NCBI GenBank assembly: GCA_964594835.1
Contig: CAZQNA010000004.1
Span: forward strand, 1 to 64,000
Direction: 5' to 3'
From: an uncultured Nitrososphaerota archaeon
GTDB taxonomy: Archaea; Korarchaeota; Korarchaeia; Korarchaeales; Korarchaeaceae
DNA: 64,000 nucleotides
The notes under the pieces are model-generated. The model did no database searches. It saw only the letters and a list, made by a program, of their open reading frames with translations, and was not told the DNA's origin. How positions within the stretch are numbered: position 1 is the first letter of the stretch; every line of letters starts with the position of its first letter. Made by a program: the position numbers and the translations under genes. This document shows, one piece after another, positions 1 through 8,751 of this stretch.

Positions 1-764
1 GGACTACCCGGGTATCTAATCCGGTTTGCTCCCCCAGCTTTCGTCCCTCACCGTCGGACGCGTTCCAGCCGGGCGCCTTCGCCACCGGTGGTCCTCCGGG
101 GATCTACGCATTTTACCGCTCCCCCCGGAATACCCCCGGCCCCTCCCGCTCCCTAGCCCCGCAGTATCCCCGGCAGCCCACCGGTCTTCCGGTGGATTTA
201 ACCGAGGACTTGCGGGGCCGGCTACGGACGCTTTAGGCCCAGTATGCGTGGGGACCCCTCGAGGAGCTGGTTTTACCGCGGCGGCTGGCACCAGCCTTGC
301 CCTCCCCTTCCTGTCCCGGGCTGTTTACACCCGGGGACAGCCGCCCTCAGCGGGCGGCACGCGGGCTCACTCCGTCACGCTTTCGCGCATTGCGGAAGTT
401 TCCCGCCTGCTGCGCCCCTTAGGGCCTGGGCCCTTGTCTCAGTGCCCATCTCCGGGCTCCGGCTCCCACCGCCCGCACCCGTCTCAGGCTAGGTGGGCCG
501 TTACCCCACCTACTACCTGATAGGCCACGGTCCCATCCTGGGGCCTCAGCGGGGCTCCCCCCGCCTACTTTCGAGGCCGGGACATTCCAGTACCCGGCCC
601 CTATCCGGGATTAGCCTCAGTTTCCCGAGGTTATCCCGGTCCCCAGGGTAGGTTGACCGTGTATTACTGAGCCGTGCGCCGCCAGGGGCGGAATGGCCCC
701 CAGCCGACTTGCATGGCTTAGTGCGAGCCCGCTAGGGGTCCCCTCCGGCAGGATCAACCGGTCT
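1..764 (-). rRNA. rrs: 16S rRNA, 5' portion (continues beyond window start)
   Basis: Minus strand starts ..CCGGTTGATCCTGCCGGAGGG.. and contains GTGCCAGCCGCCGCGGTAA; the window begins with the 806R-type sequence GGACTACCCGGGTATCTAAT. Exact 5' end approximate. Confidence 0.98.
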
Positions 765-999
765 CTCAGGAGCGGCCGCAAGGCCTCTCCGATCTGCCCT
801 GCCTCTATACGCGGGACACCCGGACTCTCTCGAGCGCGAGGGGTCGGGCGGCGCCCTTTTCCTCGCGCTCACATGGCCACTTATCGTCACTTGTCGCCGC
901 GACCGGAATCGACGGGCCCTCAAGCGGTCAGGGGGTCACCCTTCACCCCTCGGGCCCGCGACCGGGATGTCGCGGCAAGTAGAGGGGAGGGGGGGACGC

Positions 1000-1014
1000 T
1001 ATATAAGGTTTTGT
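1000..1014 (-). promoter_or_regulatory. BRE/TATA promoter of rRNA transcript
   Basis: Minus strand CAAAACC-TTATATA, about 240 nt upstream of the 16S 5' end, in GC-rich context. Confidence 0.75.
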
Positions 1015-1024
1015 GGACCCCCCT

Positions 1025-1963
1025 CTAGGCGAGGAGGGTCTCCAGAACCGCCTTTGCGGTGTGTAGCCTGTTCTCAGCCTGGTCAAAGGCCGCTGACCTC
1101 GGCCCGTACGCCACGTCCTCCGTTATCTCCTGGCCGAGGAACCAGGGCTGGCAGTGCAGGACTATGGCCCTCTCCGAGGCGTGCTCCAGCAGCTGTTCGT
1201 TCACCTGGTAGGGCGGGAACACCTTCATCCGCTCCTCGACGTCCTTCACGCCCATGGAGACCCAGGTGTCTGTGTATATCACGTCGGCCCCGTGGACCGC
1301 CTTGACCGGGTCCTCGTATATCTCCACCGTGGCCCCGGTCTCGGAGGCGATCTCGAGGGCCCTGCTGACGACCGAGCTGTCGGGCCAGTATCCCTTGGGT
1401 GCGGCGACGGCGTGGTCGTAGCCCATCAGGGCGGAGGCCAGCATGAGGCTGTGGCTCGTGTTGGCCGCGCCGTCGCCCATGAAGACCACCTTGACCCGCT
1501 CGTCGCCGAACCTCTCCACGATGGTCATGACGTCGGCCAGGGCCTGGAGCGGGTGGTACCGGTCGCTGAGCATGTTGATCACCGGCACGTCGGCCCACTT
1601 GGCCAGCTCCTCGAGGGTCTCGTGCCTCTTCACCCTGGCGGCTATGGCGTTGACGTACCTGCTCAGGACTGTGGCCGTGTCCCTGAGGGTCTCGCCCCTG
1701 GAGATCTGCAGCGCCTCGACGGGGAGCGTCATGAAGGTGGCCCCCAGGTGCGCGCATGCAGTTCCCATGGAAACCCTGGTCCTCGTGCTGGGCTTCTCGA
1801 ATATCCCGGCCACCACCATGCCCTCAAGGGGCCTGCCCGTCACCAGCCCCCCCTTGTGGGCCATGGCCCTCTCGACGAGGGCTCTGAACTCCGCGGGGCT
1901 CACCGTGGACAGCGTGAGGAGGTCCCTGCCCCTCAGGGACCTGAGAGCCCAACCCCACCTCAT
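1025..1963 (-). CDS. argF: ornithine carbamoyltransferase
   Basis: STRTR, HPLQ, WVSMG and QAENR motifs; HCQP in place of the usual HCLP; ATG 1963 preceded by GGTGA. Confidence 0.9.
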   Translation of the reverse strand: MRWGWALRSLRGRDLLTLSTVSPAEFRALVERAMAHKGGLVTGRPLEGMVVAGIFEKPSTRTRVSMGTACAHLGATFMTLPVEALQISRGETLRDTATVLSRYVNAIAARVKRHETLEELAKWADVPVINMLSDRYHPLQALADVMTIVERFGDERVKVVFMGDGAANTSHSLMLASALMGYDHAVAAPKGYWPDSSVVSRALEIASETGATVEIYEDPVKAVHGADVIYTDTWVSMGVKDVEERMKVFPPYQVNEQLLEHASERAIVLHCQPWFLGQEITEDVAYGPRSAAFDQAENRLHTAKAVLETLLA

Positions 1964-2046
1964 GCAGGGATCACCAGGGGCCCCTGGGGCCGTAAAATAA
2001 AATGCGGCGAGGTCCCGGCCCGGCCCCCGGGGCCAGACCGACCGGC

Positions 2047-2454
2047 TCACCTGCCCCCTCGCCCGGCCTGGCTTATCGCCTGGGTGAGCTGCGCCTCTAT
2101 CTGCCTGAGGGTGGCCTGGACCCTCCCGAGTTCCTGCCTGGCCTCCTCGAGCATCCTCGTGAGCTCCTCCTTGGCCCTGCCGGGCTCCATCTCAGCGTAC
2201 ACGTTGCCGCCCAGGTTCACGAGGACCCTGTCCGCCAGGGCCCCGGGGACCCTCAGCATGAGGAAGGCCCCGACCGGCAGGAGGAACGGACCCATCCCAT
2301 CCTTTCCCGCCCTCTCCAAGACTTCCAGGGTCTCTATAGCCCCCTGCAGGTCCGCCACCTGGACGGCGAGGCGGTTGCTGGCGTCGACCAGGGCCTGGTA
2401 CATGGCCTGCAGGGTCTCGACGTCTACCTGCCTCTCTTGCCCTCCCTCGCTCAA
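2047..2454 (-). CDS. pfdA: prefoldin alpha subunit
   Basis: Coiled coils flanking LLPVGA...VLVNLGGNVYAE hairpins; usual position after aIF6. Confidence 0.9.
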   Translation of the reverse strand: MSEGGQERQVDVETLQAMYQALVDASNRLAVQVADLQGAIETLEVLERAGKDGMGPFLLPVGAFLMLRVPGALADRVLVNLGGNVYAEMEPGRAKEELTRMLEEARQELGRVQATLRQIEAQLTQAISQAGRGGR

Positions 2455-2536
2455 CGCGAACCCCGACCCCCGGGCCCCCCATAGTTAAAGGCTTGCCCCC
2501 GCCCCGGCCGAAGGACCCGGAGGGGGCCCCGAGCCC

Positions 2537-3217
2537 TCAGAGTTCTATCCCCAGGGCCTCCGCGATCACGTCGATCTCCAGGGGGGTCGTCGGGTAGCCC
2601 ACCAAGGCCCCAAGGTCGTTCGCGAGCATCCCGGTCCTGACGTACCTGACCCCGTCGTTGACCGTGCCCCTGGTCACCTCCACCCCCAGCGTGTCCTCTA
2701 TGACCCTGGCCTCCTTGTCGGTGATGTCGGGAGACGCCAGCACCCCCCTGTCCGTCGCGACGGCCAGGGACCCGACCACCCCGACGCCGCCTATGGTCCC
2801 CCTCCTCACCGGCACGTCCAGGGCCTCGGAGATCTGCTCGACCTCGGAGTCGCGGAACTCCGGGTGTACCAGGGCCCCGTAGCCGTTGGCCAGTATCACG
2901 TTGCCCAGGGCGGTCAGCCTCACGTCGAGGACGTGGGTAGGGAGGCCCGAGCCCTCGACCGCCTCCACCTCAGCCGGGCTGACTATGGAGGGGAGGAGTA
3001 CCCTCTCCCCGTTCCCCGCCATGAAGACCCCCACGAGCCTGGAGGAGTACAGGCTCACCTCGATGGCCCGGGCCCCCAGGACCTCCTCGAGCTGGGACCT
3101 GAACCTCCCCGTCGTGCCCGTCGGGACGAAGGCGACCCTGCCGACCACCCTGGCGAATATCCCCAGGCCGGGGCTGCCGCTCAGCTTCGCCCTCTCGATC
3201 GGCAAGTCGCCCCTCAC
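2537..3217 (-). CDS. eif6: translation initiation factor aIF6
   Basis: ALGNVILAN, GTVN, TTPLE pentein repeats; follows rpl31e. Confidence 0.95.
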   Translation of the reverse strand: MRGDLPIERAKLSGSPGLGIFARVVGRVAFVPTGTTGRFRSQLEEVLGARAIEVSLYSSRLVGVFMAGNGERVLLPSIVSPAEVEAVEGSGLPTHVLDVRLTALGNVILANGYGALVHPEFRDSEVEQISEALDVPVRRGTIGGVGVVGSLAVATDRGVLASPDITDKEARVIEDTLGVEVTRGTVNDGVRYVRTGMLANDLGALVGYPTTPLEIDVIAEALGIEL

Positions 3218-3513
3218 CTCGCGGGGGCGACCGTCACCACCTTCTCGTCCCGGTCAACCTTCACGTAGACCCTGAGCAGCCTGGGCGGGTTCTCGGCGCC
3301 CCGGCTCCAGACGAACTCGTTCAGCTCGGGGTGCACCTTGACCTCGTACTCTTCCTCCAGCCTGAGCCTCCTCCTGACCTCCTGGGCTATCAGCTTGACC
3401 GTCCTGGCCGCCCTCTTCTTCGGGGGGTACTTCTCCCTGACCACCCTGCCGAGCCTTAGCGTGAGGTAGCCCTCGTCTGAGTCCCTGGAGAGGGTGTCCC
3501 TGAACTCCTCCAT
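3214..3513 (-). CDS. rpl31e: 50S ribosomal protein L31e
   Basis: KKRAAR, LNEFVWSRG, PPRLLRV; start moved to ATG 3513. Confidence 0.92.
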   Translation of the reverse strand: MEEFRDTLSRDSDEGYLTLRLGRVVREKYPPKKRAARTVKLIAQEVRRRLRLEEEYEVKVHPELNEFVWSRGAENPPRLLRVYVKVDRDEKVVTVAPAR

Positions 3514-3527
3514 TCGCCCCACCCCGC

Positions 3528-3680
3528 TCAAAGCTGGAGCCTGCTCCTCCTCCAGCTCCTGAGGGGTCTCGTCCGGATCCCCCTCAGGGTGCGGATGTAC
3601 ACCCAGATCGGGATCCTCCTGTTGGACTTCATCGCGCTGGCGTACCTGAGCTTCGACGCAAGGGGACGGTACCTCGCCAT
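3528..3680 (-). CDS. rpl39e: 50S ribosomal protein L39e
   Basis: MARYRP...KSNRRIPIWV...RSWRRSRL. Confidence 0.93.
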   Translation of the reverse strand: MARYRPLASKLRYASAMKSNRRIPIWVYIRTLRGIRTRPLRSWRRSRLQL

Positions 3681-3712
3681 AACACACCACCTGAACACCA
3701 ACACGCTTCGCG

Positions 3713-4048
3713 TCACACTATCCTTATCCTGAAGTCCGAGCTGGACCTCTCCGCCAGCCTGGCCAGGAGGGCCTTGAGCTCAGAGTCGCTGAGCCTCCTG
3801 GTCAGCCTCCCCGCGGTGTAGAGCTGGACGAGGTATATCCTCACCTCGTCGGCCAGCTCGGGCTTCACCATCTCCAGCCTCTTCAGCCTGGCCCACGCCT
3901 CGCTGTCGAGGAGCTGCCTGACTATGGCGTCTATCCTCTGCTTCTCCAGCCTCTTCCTCTCTTCCTCCTCCTGCTGCCTCTGCCTGGCCATCATCTCGGC
4001 CTGAAGCCTCTCCTGAATCCTCCTCAGCTCCTCGTCCTCGCCGCTCAC
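3713..4048 (-). CDS. PDCD5-like protein (MTH1615 family)
   Basis: [34 protein letters not shown]; conserved position between rps19e and rpl39e. Confidence 0.92.
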   Translation of the reverse strand: MSGEDEELRRIQERLQAEMMARQRQQEEEERKRLEKQRIDAIVRQLLDSEAWARLKRLEMVKPELADEVRIYLVQLYTAGRLTRRLSDSELKALLARLAERSSSDFRIRIV

Positions 4049-4506
4049 GGGGCCACAACCCTCCCGGGCACCAGCCCCATCTCCTTTAGGATCTCAGCCG
4101 CCTTCCTGTCCAGCAGGGACGCGCCCTCCCTCGTTACTCTCCTCCCGCGCCCGGGCACCCTCTCCACCAGGCCCGCCTCCTCGAGCTGCTGGAGAATGAG
4201 CCGAATCACGTGACCGCTGGCCTTCCTGAAGTGCTCGGGCCTGACGCCCCGGTCCTTCCGGCCCCCGTACTTCGTCCGCAGCCTCTCCACGCCCACCGGC
4301 CCGTGCAGGTAGACGGTCCTGAGCACGGAGGCCGCCCTGATGTACCACCAGTCCTCCTGCTGCGGGGGCCTCTGCTTGTGGGACCCCGTCTTCACCAGGG
4401 AGGCCCACTCGGGCGGCTTGATCCGCTCGAGCCCCTTCAGCTCCTCGGCGACCCGATCTATCAGCAAGTCTGCCCTCACGTCCCGCGCTGTTGGCAAGCC
4501 GATCAC
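4045..4506 (-). CDS. rps19e: 30S ribosomal protein S19e
   Basis: [32 protein letters not shown]. Confidence 0.97.
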   Translation of the reverse strand: MIGLPTARDVRADLLIDRVAEELKGLERIKPPEWASLVKTGSHKQRPPQQEDWWYIRAASVLRTVYLHGPVGVERLRTKYGGRKDRGVRPEHFRKASGHVIRLILQQLEEAGLVERVPGRGRRVTREGASLLDRKAAEILKEMGLVPGRVVAP

Positions 4507-4528
4507 CTTCTCCGGCTGGCGGCTTACC

Positions 4529-4903
4529 TCACTCAGGCCCGCCCTCGGCGGGCATTTTAAACCTTAGCTTCAGCCTCTTCTCCCTCAGATAGGGCCTCCT
4601 GGTGACCGCCCCGCACTCCCTGCAGTGGACGACCAGGTGCGGCATCCTCCTGGGCCTGATCCTGACCGTCGCGTTCACCCCTGGGATGAGGAACGACTTG
4701 CAGCGTCGGCAGTACCTCCACCTCCACTCCCGGGGTATCCTGACCCTGGCCCTCATCGATATCCGCCTGGCGAGCTCCCCGTACCTCCTGGCCAGGTCGG
4801 GCCTCTCGGGCGCCACGACGTCGGCCAGGGTGAGCAGCCAGACTATCCTCTCCCTCGCCACCCTTCTGCTCCTCTGCCTGCTCCTCCTGATCCTCCCCCT
4901 CAC
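4529..4903 (-). CDS. rnp4: RNase P protein component 4 (Rpp21)
   Basis: [20 protein letters not shown]...PG...CRECG zinc ribbon; GTG 4903 overlaps nep1 stop. Confidence 0.92.
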   Translation of the reverse strand: MRGRIRRSRQRSRRVARERIVWLLTLADVVAPERPDLARRYGELARRISMRARVRIPREWRWRYCRRCKSFLIPGVNATVRIRPRRMPHLVVHCRECGAVTRRPYLREKRLKLRFKMPAEGGPE

Positions 4904-5574
4904 CTCCCCCACCTCCTCGCCAGGTAGTAGGACCAGGCGACGGCCGAGCAGACCGTCGAGGCCGACAGCGCCCCGTCGTACAGGCTGACCTCCACGTCGA
5001 AAAGTCGCCTGACCTCGGGGGAGAACTCCCCCGCCGGGAAGCAGCCTATCACGGCGAGCAGATCTAGATCCGGGTCCAGCACGTCTAGGGGATTGGCGAG
5101 CCCCCCCTGGCGGGAGAGGCCGAGCACGAGGTCGGGCCCCGCCTCTTCCACCAGCGAGTCGAGGCCGGAATCCACCTCGGAGATCAGATCCACGCCGGGC
5201 GGCCCCACCCGACCCTCGGTCAGGAGCTCCTCCATGAGCCCGACGAAGCGGTTGTAGCTCCTCGGGGGTCTGAGTCCCGGGGCCAGCTCGAAGAGCCTCC
5301 CGCCGACGGTGTGCAGCAGCACGCGGAGCCACCCCTCAGACCAGGCGGGGGAGTCGGTGAGGGCGAGCAGCGACCTGTGGACGACGTCGGGCCTCCCCCT
5401 CTTCCCCGTGGGGTCCACCCTCCTGACCAGGTCGGGGCCCAGGGCGGAGGAGTCCAGGAGGATCGTCCCGGGGTCCTTCCCCCTCCTGGCGGCGGACCGC
5501 CGCACCCTCGGGTGCCTCCTCAGACCCCTCGGAACGAGTTCGAGGGACGCCTCCGCCAGCAGTACGGTCAGCAC
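4900..5574 (-). CDS. nep1: 16S rRNA pseudouridine N1-methyltransferase Nep1/Emg1
   Basis: AEASLELVP, RGRPDVVH, PRSYNRFVGLME, IGCFPAGEF; start moved to GTG 5574. Confidence 0.93.
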   Translation of the reverse strand: MLTVLLAEASLELVPRGLRRHPRVRRSAARRGKDPGTILLDSSALGPDLVRRVDPTGKRGRPDVVHRSLLALTDSPAWSEGWLRVLLHTVGGRLFELAPGLRPPRSYNRFVGLMEELLTEGRVGPPGVDLISEVDSGLDSLVEEAGPDLVLGLSRQGGLANPLDVLDPDLDLLAVIGCFPAGEFSPEVRRLFDVEVSLYDGALSASTVCSAVAWSYYLARRWGR

Positions 5575-5597
5575 CGGCCCACGGAAGCTCGACAAGC

Positions 5598-5605
5598 TTT
5601 TATAT
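5598..5605. promoter_or_regulatory. TATA box between divergent nep1 and tRNA-Gly
   Basis: TTTTATAT, 25 nt before tRNA-Gly and 23 nt before nep1 GTG. Confidence 0.7.
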
Positions 5606-5630
5606 CGATGGCGGAGGTGAGGGGGGTCGG

Positions 5631-5729
5631 GCGGCCGTAGTCTAGCCTGGTCTAGGATGGGAGCCTGCCAAGCCCCGGAGGGGGCGCGGAGCGCTCCAGA
5701 CCCGGGTTCAAATCCCGGCGGCCGCACCA
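5631..5729 (+). tRNA. tRNA-Gly(GCC) with 21-nt intron at 37/38 (5671-5691); CCA encoded
   Basis: Acceptor GCGGCCG/CGGCCGC, anticodon stem GGAGC/GCTCC, T-loop TTCAAAT; bulge CA|A, helix CTGC/GCGG, bulge AG|C. Confidence 0.96.
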
Positions 5730-5738
5730 CCACAGATC

Positions 5739-7661
5739 TCACTCCTCAGCCTCAGGCCCGCCGCGCCTCCGCCTTGCCCTCAGCGAGGCCCAGGCCCCGA
5801 CGGAGAGGGACAGGGCCGCTGCGGATCCCAGCGCGACCAAGCGCGGGGCGATCGACCGCCCACCCCCGCCCGGGGTCGGGGGGGACGTCTGCTGACGGGC
5901 CGACCAGCCCAGGTCGGTCCCCGGGATCTCGTCCCCCGGGTCCGGGATGATAAGCTCGGGCTCGCACCCGGGGGGCAGGCTGACGTTGACCCAGGTGGCG
6001 TTGACCCAGGCCACCACGTCCCCGCACGGCCTGACCTCGAACTCCACCGGCATGGACTTCGGGCCGGATCCCGACTCGCACCCCTGCGCGTCCTGGTAGA
6101 CCACGGCGCGCCGACCTCCCGGCCCGGCCTCCACGCCGACCACCCTGTAGGACGGGACGCACCCCCCGTACACCCACTCCTCGAAGAACCAGTCCAGCTC
6201 CCCGCCCCAGGACCTCTCGAACGCCTCTATCAGGTCGGACCCGGTGGCAACCCCGTACGCGTTCCCCTCCGCGTACTTCCTGAGCGCCTCGAAGAAGGCC
6301 TCGTCGCCCACTATCCCGCGCAGCATCCTGAGGGTCCAGGCCCCCCTTAGGTAGACCGCCGCCCTGTACCTGCCGGGGTCGTCGGAGACGTCCCCCACGC
6401 TTACGGCCACGGGCAGGGCGGGCTCGCCTGACTCGAGGTAGTACCTGTAGGGATTCCCGACGAAGTCCCAGAAGGCCATGTCGGCATTATCGGGACCGTA
6501 GACCCACTCGAAGTAAAGTATCTGGGAGTACTCAGCGAGTGACTCGTCCAGCCACGGCTCCTCCCACTGATCGTTCCCGACGAGGGAGTACCACCACTGG
6601 TGCGCGGTCTCGTGGGCCACGATCATCTCGAGCGTCCTCTCGTCCCCCTGATAGTAGGAGCCTGATACCATGATGAGCTGGGGGTACTCCATCCCGCCGA
6701 ACCACCCGTTCACCTCGGCCGCTCGGAAGGTGGCGAACGGGTACCTCGTGAAGTGCTCGCTGAAGACGCGTATCGCGTTGGCCGCGTACCTCAGGACCCT
6801 CCTTCCCCCCTCGGCGTGCTCGGGGAGGTAGTAGGAGTAGACCGTCACCCCGTCCACGGTCTCGCTGGCGACCTCGAAGCGGGGGCTGGCCACGATGGCG
6901 AAGTCCCTCACCCCACAGGCCTCCCACATCTGCAGGACCCTCCCGCCCCCCAGGGGGGTCTCGGACACCAGGTCCCCCGTGGCGGCCACCACCAGGCCCT
7001 CAGGGACGACCAGCTCTACGCGGAAGTCCGACGCCTCGCTGAGGAAGCACTCACCCTCGCGGAAGTACGGGTGGTCAACCCAGGACCCGTTCCTCAGCAC
7101 CGAGAGTATGGGGAACCAGTTCCCCAGGGCCAGCACCCCCTCGCTCAGGCCGAACCTGTCGTCCAGGGCCGGGACGCGGATCGAGAACTCGAGCCTCAGC
7201 GTCACGACCTCGCCAGGCCCCGCCGGTGGGCTCAGGGCGACCACCAGCACCGTGTCGTCCGGCCCGGCCAGCCTCGTGGAGACGTCCCTGCCCGGGGAGG
7301 AGGCCGCCGTCACGTCAACCCCGCCCCCGCTCGACGAGAACGCGTTGGGGTAGAGCCTCAGGTGGACCTCTCCCACCGGCGCCGCGCCGCAGTTCTGCCA
7401 CGACACCTCCTCCCAGCCCGAAACCCTGTCGAGGGAGCCTGAGATCTCCGCCCTGATCCTGTACGACGGGCGAGCGCACTCTGCCCCGGCGGCTGGGTGG
7501 GCCCCTGCGGCGAGGGGGGCGATCGACGTAACCACCAGGATCAGGGCGAGGATCGCGATCGCCGCGAGGTGGTGCGGGGGGTGGGATTCGAACCCACGAA
7601 CCCCTGAGGGACGGGGTCCTAAACCCCGCGCCTTTGACCTAGCTCGGCCACCCCCGCCCAC
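5739..7661 (-). CDS. membrane-anchored M1 family zinc aminopeptidase (start uncertain: GTG 7661 or GTG 7535)
   Basis: GGMEYP, HETAHQWW...E, YLRGA motifs; N-terminal hydrophobic stretch; C-terminal TM followed by RRRR. Confidence 0.88.
   Translation of the reverse strand: MGGGGRARSKARGLGPRPSGVRGFESHPPHHLAAIAILALILVVTSIAPLAAGAHPAAGAECARPSYRIRAEISGSLDRVSGWEEVSWQNCGAAPVGEVHLRLYPNAFSSSGGGVDVTAASSPGRDVSTRLAGPDDTVLVVALSPPAGPGEVVTLRLEFSIRVPALDDRFGLSEGVLALGNWFPILSVLRNGSWVDHPYFREGECFLSEASDFRVELVVPEGLVVAATGDLVSETPLGGGRVLQMWEACGVRDFAIVASPRFEVASETVDGVTVYSYYLPEHAEGGRRVLRYAANAIRVFSEHFTRYPFATFRAAEVNGWFGGMEYPQLIMVSGSYYQGDERTLEMIVAHETAHQWWYSLVGNDQWEEPWLDESLAEYSQILYFEWVYGPDNADMAFWDFVGNPYRYYLESGEPALPVAVSVGDVSDDPGRYRAAVYLRGAWTLRMLRGIVGDEAFFEALRKYAEGNAYGVATGSDLIEAFERSWGGELDWFFEEWVYGGCVPSYRVVGVEAGPGGRRAVVYQDAQGCESGSGPKSMPVEFEVRPCGDVVAWVNATWVNVSLPPGCEPELIIPDPGDEIPGTDLGWSARQQTSPPTPGGGGRSIAPRLVALGSAAALSLSVGAWASLRARRRRGGPEAEE
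7570..7657 (-). tRNA. tRNA-Leu(TAG); CCA encoded
   Basis: GCGGGGG/CCCCCGC acceptor, CGGGG-TT-TAG-GA-CCCCG anticodon arm, long variable arm, GGTTCGAATCC. Confidence 0.97.
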
Positions 7662-7682
7662 GCGGCTGGCCCCCTGCCGGGG

Positions 7683-7690
7683 ATATAAAA
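7683..7690 (-). promoter_or_regulatory. TATA box for tRNA-Leu / M1 peptidase transcript
   Basis: Minus strand TTTTATAT, 25 nt upstream of the tRNA. Confidence 0.7.
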
Positions 7691-7696
7691 TGCGCG

Positions 7697-8731
7697 TCAG
7701 GACTCCAGTATCCTCGCCACGGCCTCGGGGACTCCCCTCGGGCTCCTCAGCTCTATGAACCTCCCGCCCCCGATCCTCGCGAGCTCCGCGCACAGCCTCA
7801 TCCCGGCCGCGGTCTCCCTCCCGCCCCATCCCCTCACCCCTATCACGTTCAGCCCGCCCAGCCGTCTGGCCACCGATCTGGGGTCACCTCCGACGTTGTA
7901 GAGGCCGTCTGTTATCAGGACGTACCTCTTGTCCGCCCTCTTTATGAGGGCGCCCTCCCTCAGCGCGGCCTCGAGGGCCCCCCTCATGTTGGTGTACCCG
8001 AGGGGGGCCAGGTCCAGGATCTCCTCGATGACCCTGCCGATGGGGGTCCTGTCCCTCACGCCCTTCAGGACGAAGGGCTCGGTGTTGAAGGCCACTATGG
8101 CGTACTCGTCGGCCCTGAGGAGGTGGGCGGCCACGGCGGCGGACAGTGCTGCAGCGGCTATCTTCCCCCCGGTCATGGAGCCGCTTGCGTCTAGGATGAT
8201 CACGGCCCCCCTGCTCCGCTCCACCCTCTCGACGCCGACGACGTCCTCGTACGTCAGCTCCCCTAGGCCCTTCCCGCTCGCGAGGAGCCTCTGTATGGTC
8301 TCCTCCGGGTCGAACTCCATCCCTGGCTCGTACCTCGTCAGAAGCCGCATGGACCTGCCCGGGGCCGTTGAGGCGAGCCTCAACCCGCTCCTCAGGGCGA
8401 CCTTGCTCAGCAGGGACCTGAACCTCCTCCTCAGCTCTGGGTTCAGGTGCCACCTTATCTGCCGGTAGAGCCTCATCCCGGCCGCCGGATTCCTCTCGAG
8501 CGACCTGACCAGGGCGCCGTCCAGCCCCCCCTTCGAGACGGCCCTCGCCACGGCCACGCTGCTCACGGCGGCCAGGGAGACGAGCTCCCCCAGGGCGCCG
8601 GCCGAGGCCGCGGACGCCGCCCTGGCGTAGAGAGACTCGTAGTCCACGTCAAGCTCGACCCCTTCCCACTCACCGAGGTCCCCCTCCAGTCCAGCCGGGC
8701 CGGTGGGGGGCGGGGGCGTGCCGGGGGTCAT
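7697..8731 (-). CDS. vWA domain protein (MoxR partner)
   Basis: MIDAS DASGS, GYTN, ITDG; follows MoxR ATPase. Confidence 0.88.
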   Translation of the reverse strand: MTPGTPPPPTGPAGLEGDLGEWEGVELDVDYESLYARAASAASAGALGELVSLAAVSSVAVARAVSKGGLDGALVRSLERNPAAGMRLYRQIRWHLNPELRRRFRSLLSKVALRSGLRLASTAPGRSMRLLTRYEPGMEFDPEETIQRLLASGKGLGELTYEDVVGVERVERSRGAVIILDASGSMTGGKIAAAALSAAVAAHLLRADEYAIVAFNTEPFVLKGVRDRTPIGRVIEEILDLAPLGYTNMRGALEAALREGALIKRADKRYVLITDGLYNVGGDPRSVARRLGGLNVIGVRGWGGRETAAGMRLCAELARIGGGRFIELRSPRGVPEAVARILES

Positions 8732-8751
8732 CGGGGCGTCGGTGCGCCCCT

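Noticed and set aside
16-1305. Several ORFs over the start of the window
   Set aside because: They overlap the 16S rRNA, its leader or the argF antisense strand; no protein motifs
5575-5742. N-terminal extension of the nep1 ORF
   Set aside because: It is the antisense of tRNA-Gly and its promoter; Nep1 homology starts at GTG 5574
5631-7657. Peptidase flanked by two tRNAs as a possible integrated element
   Set aside because: No integrase, no duplicated tRNA 3' end and no visible compositional shift
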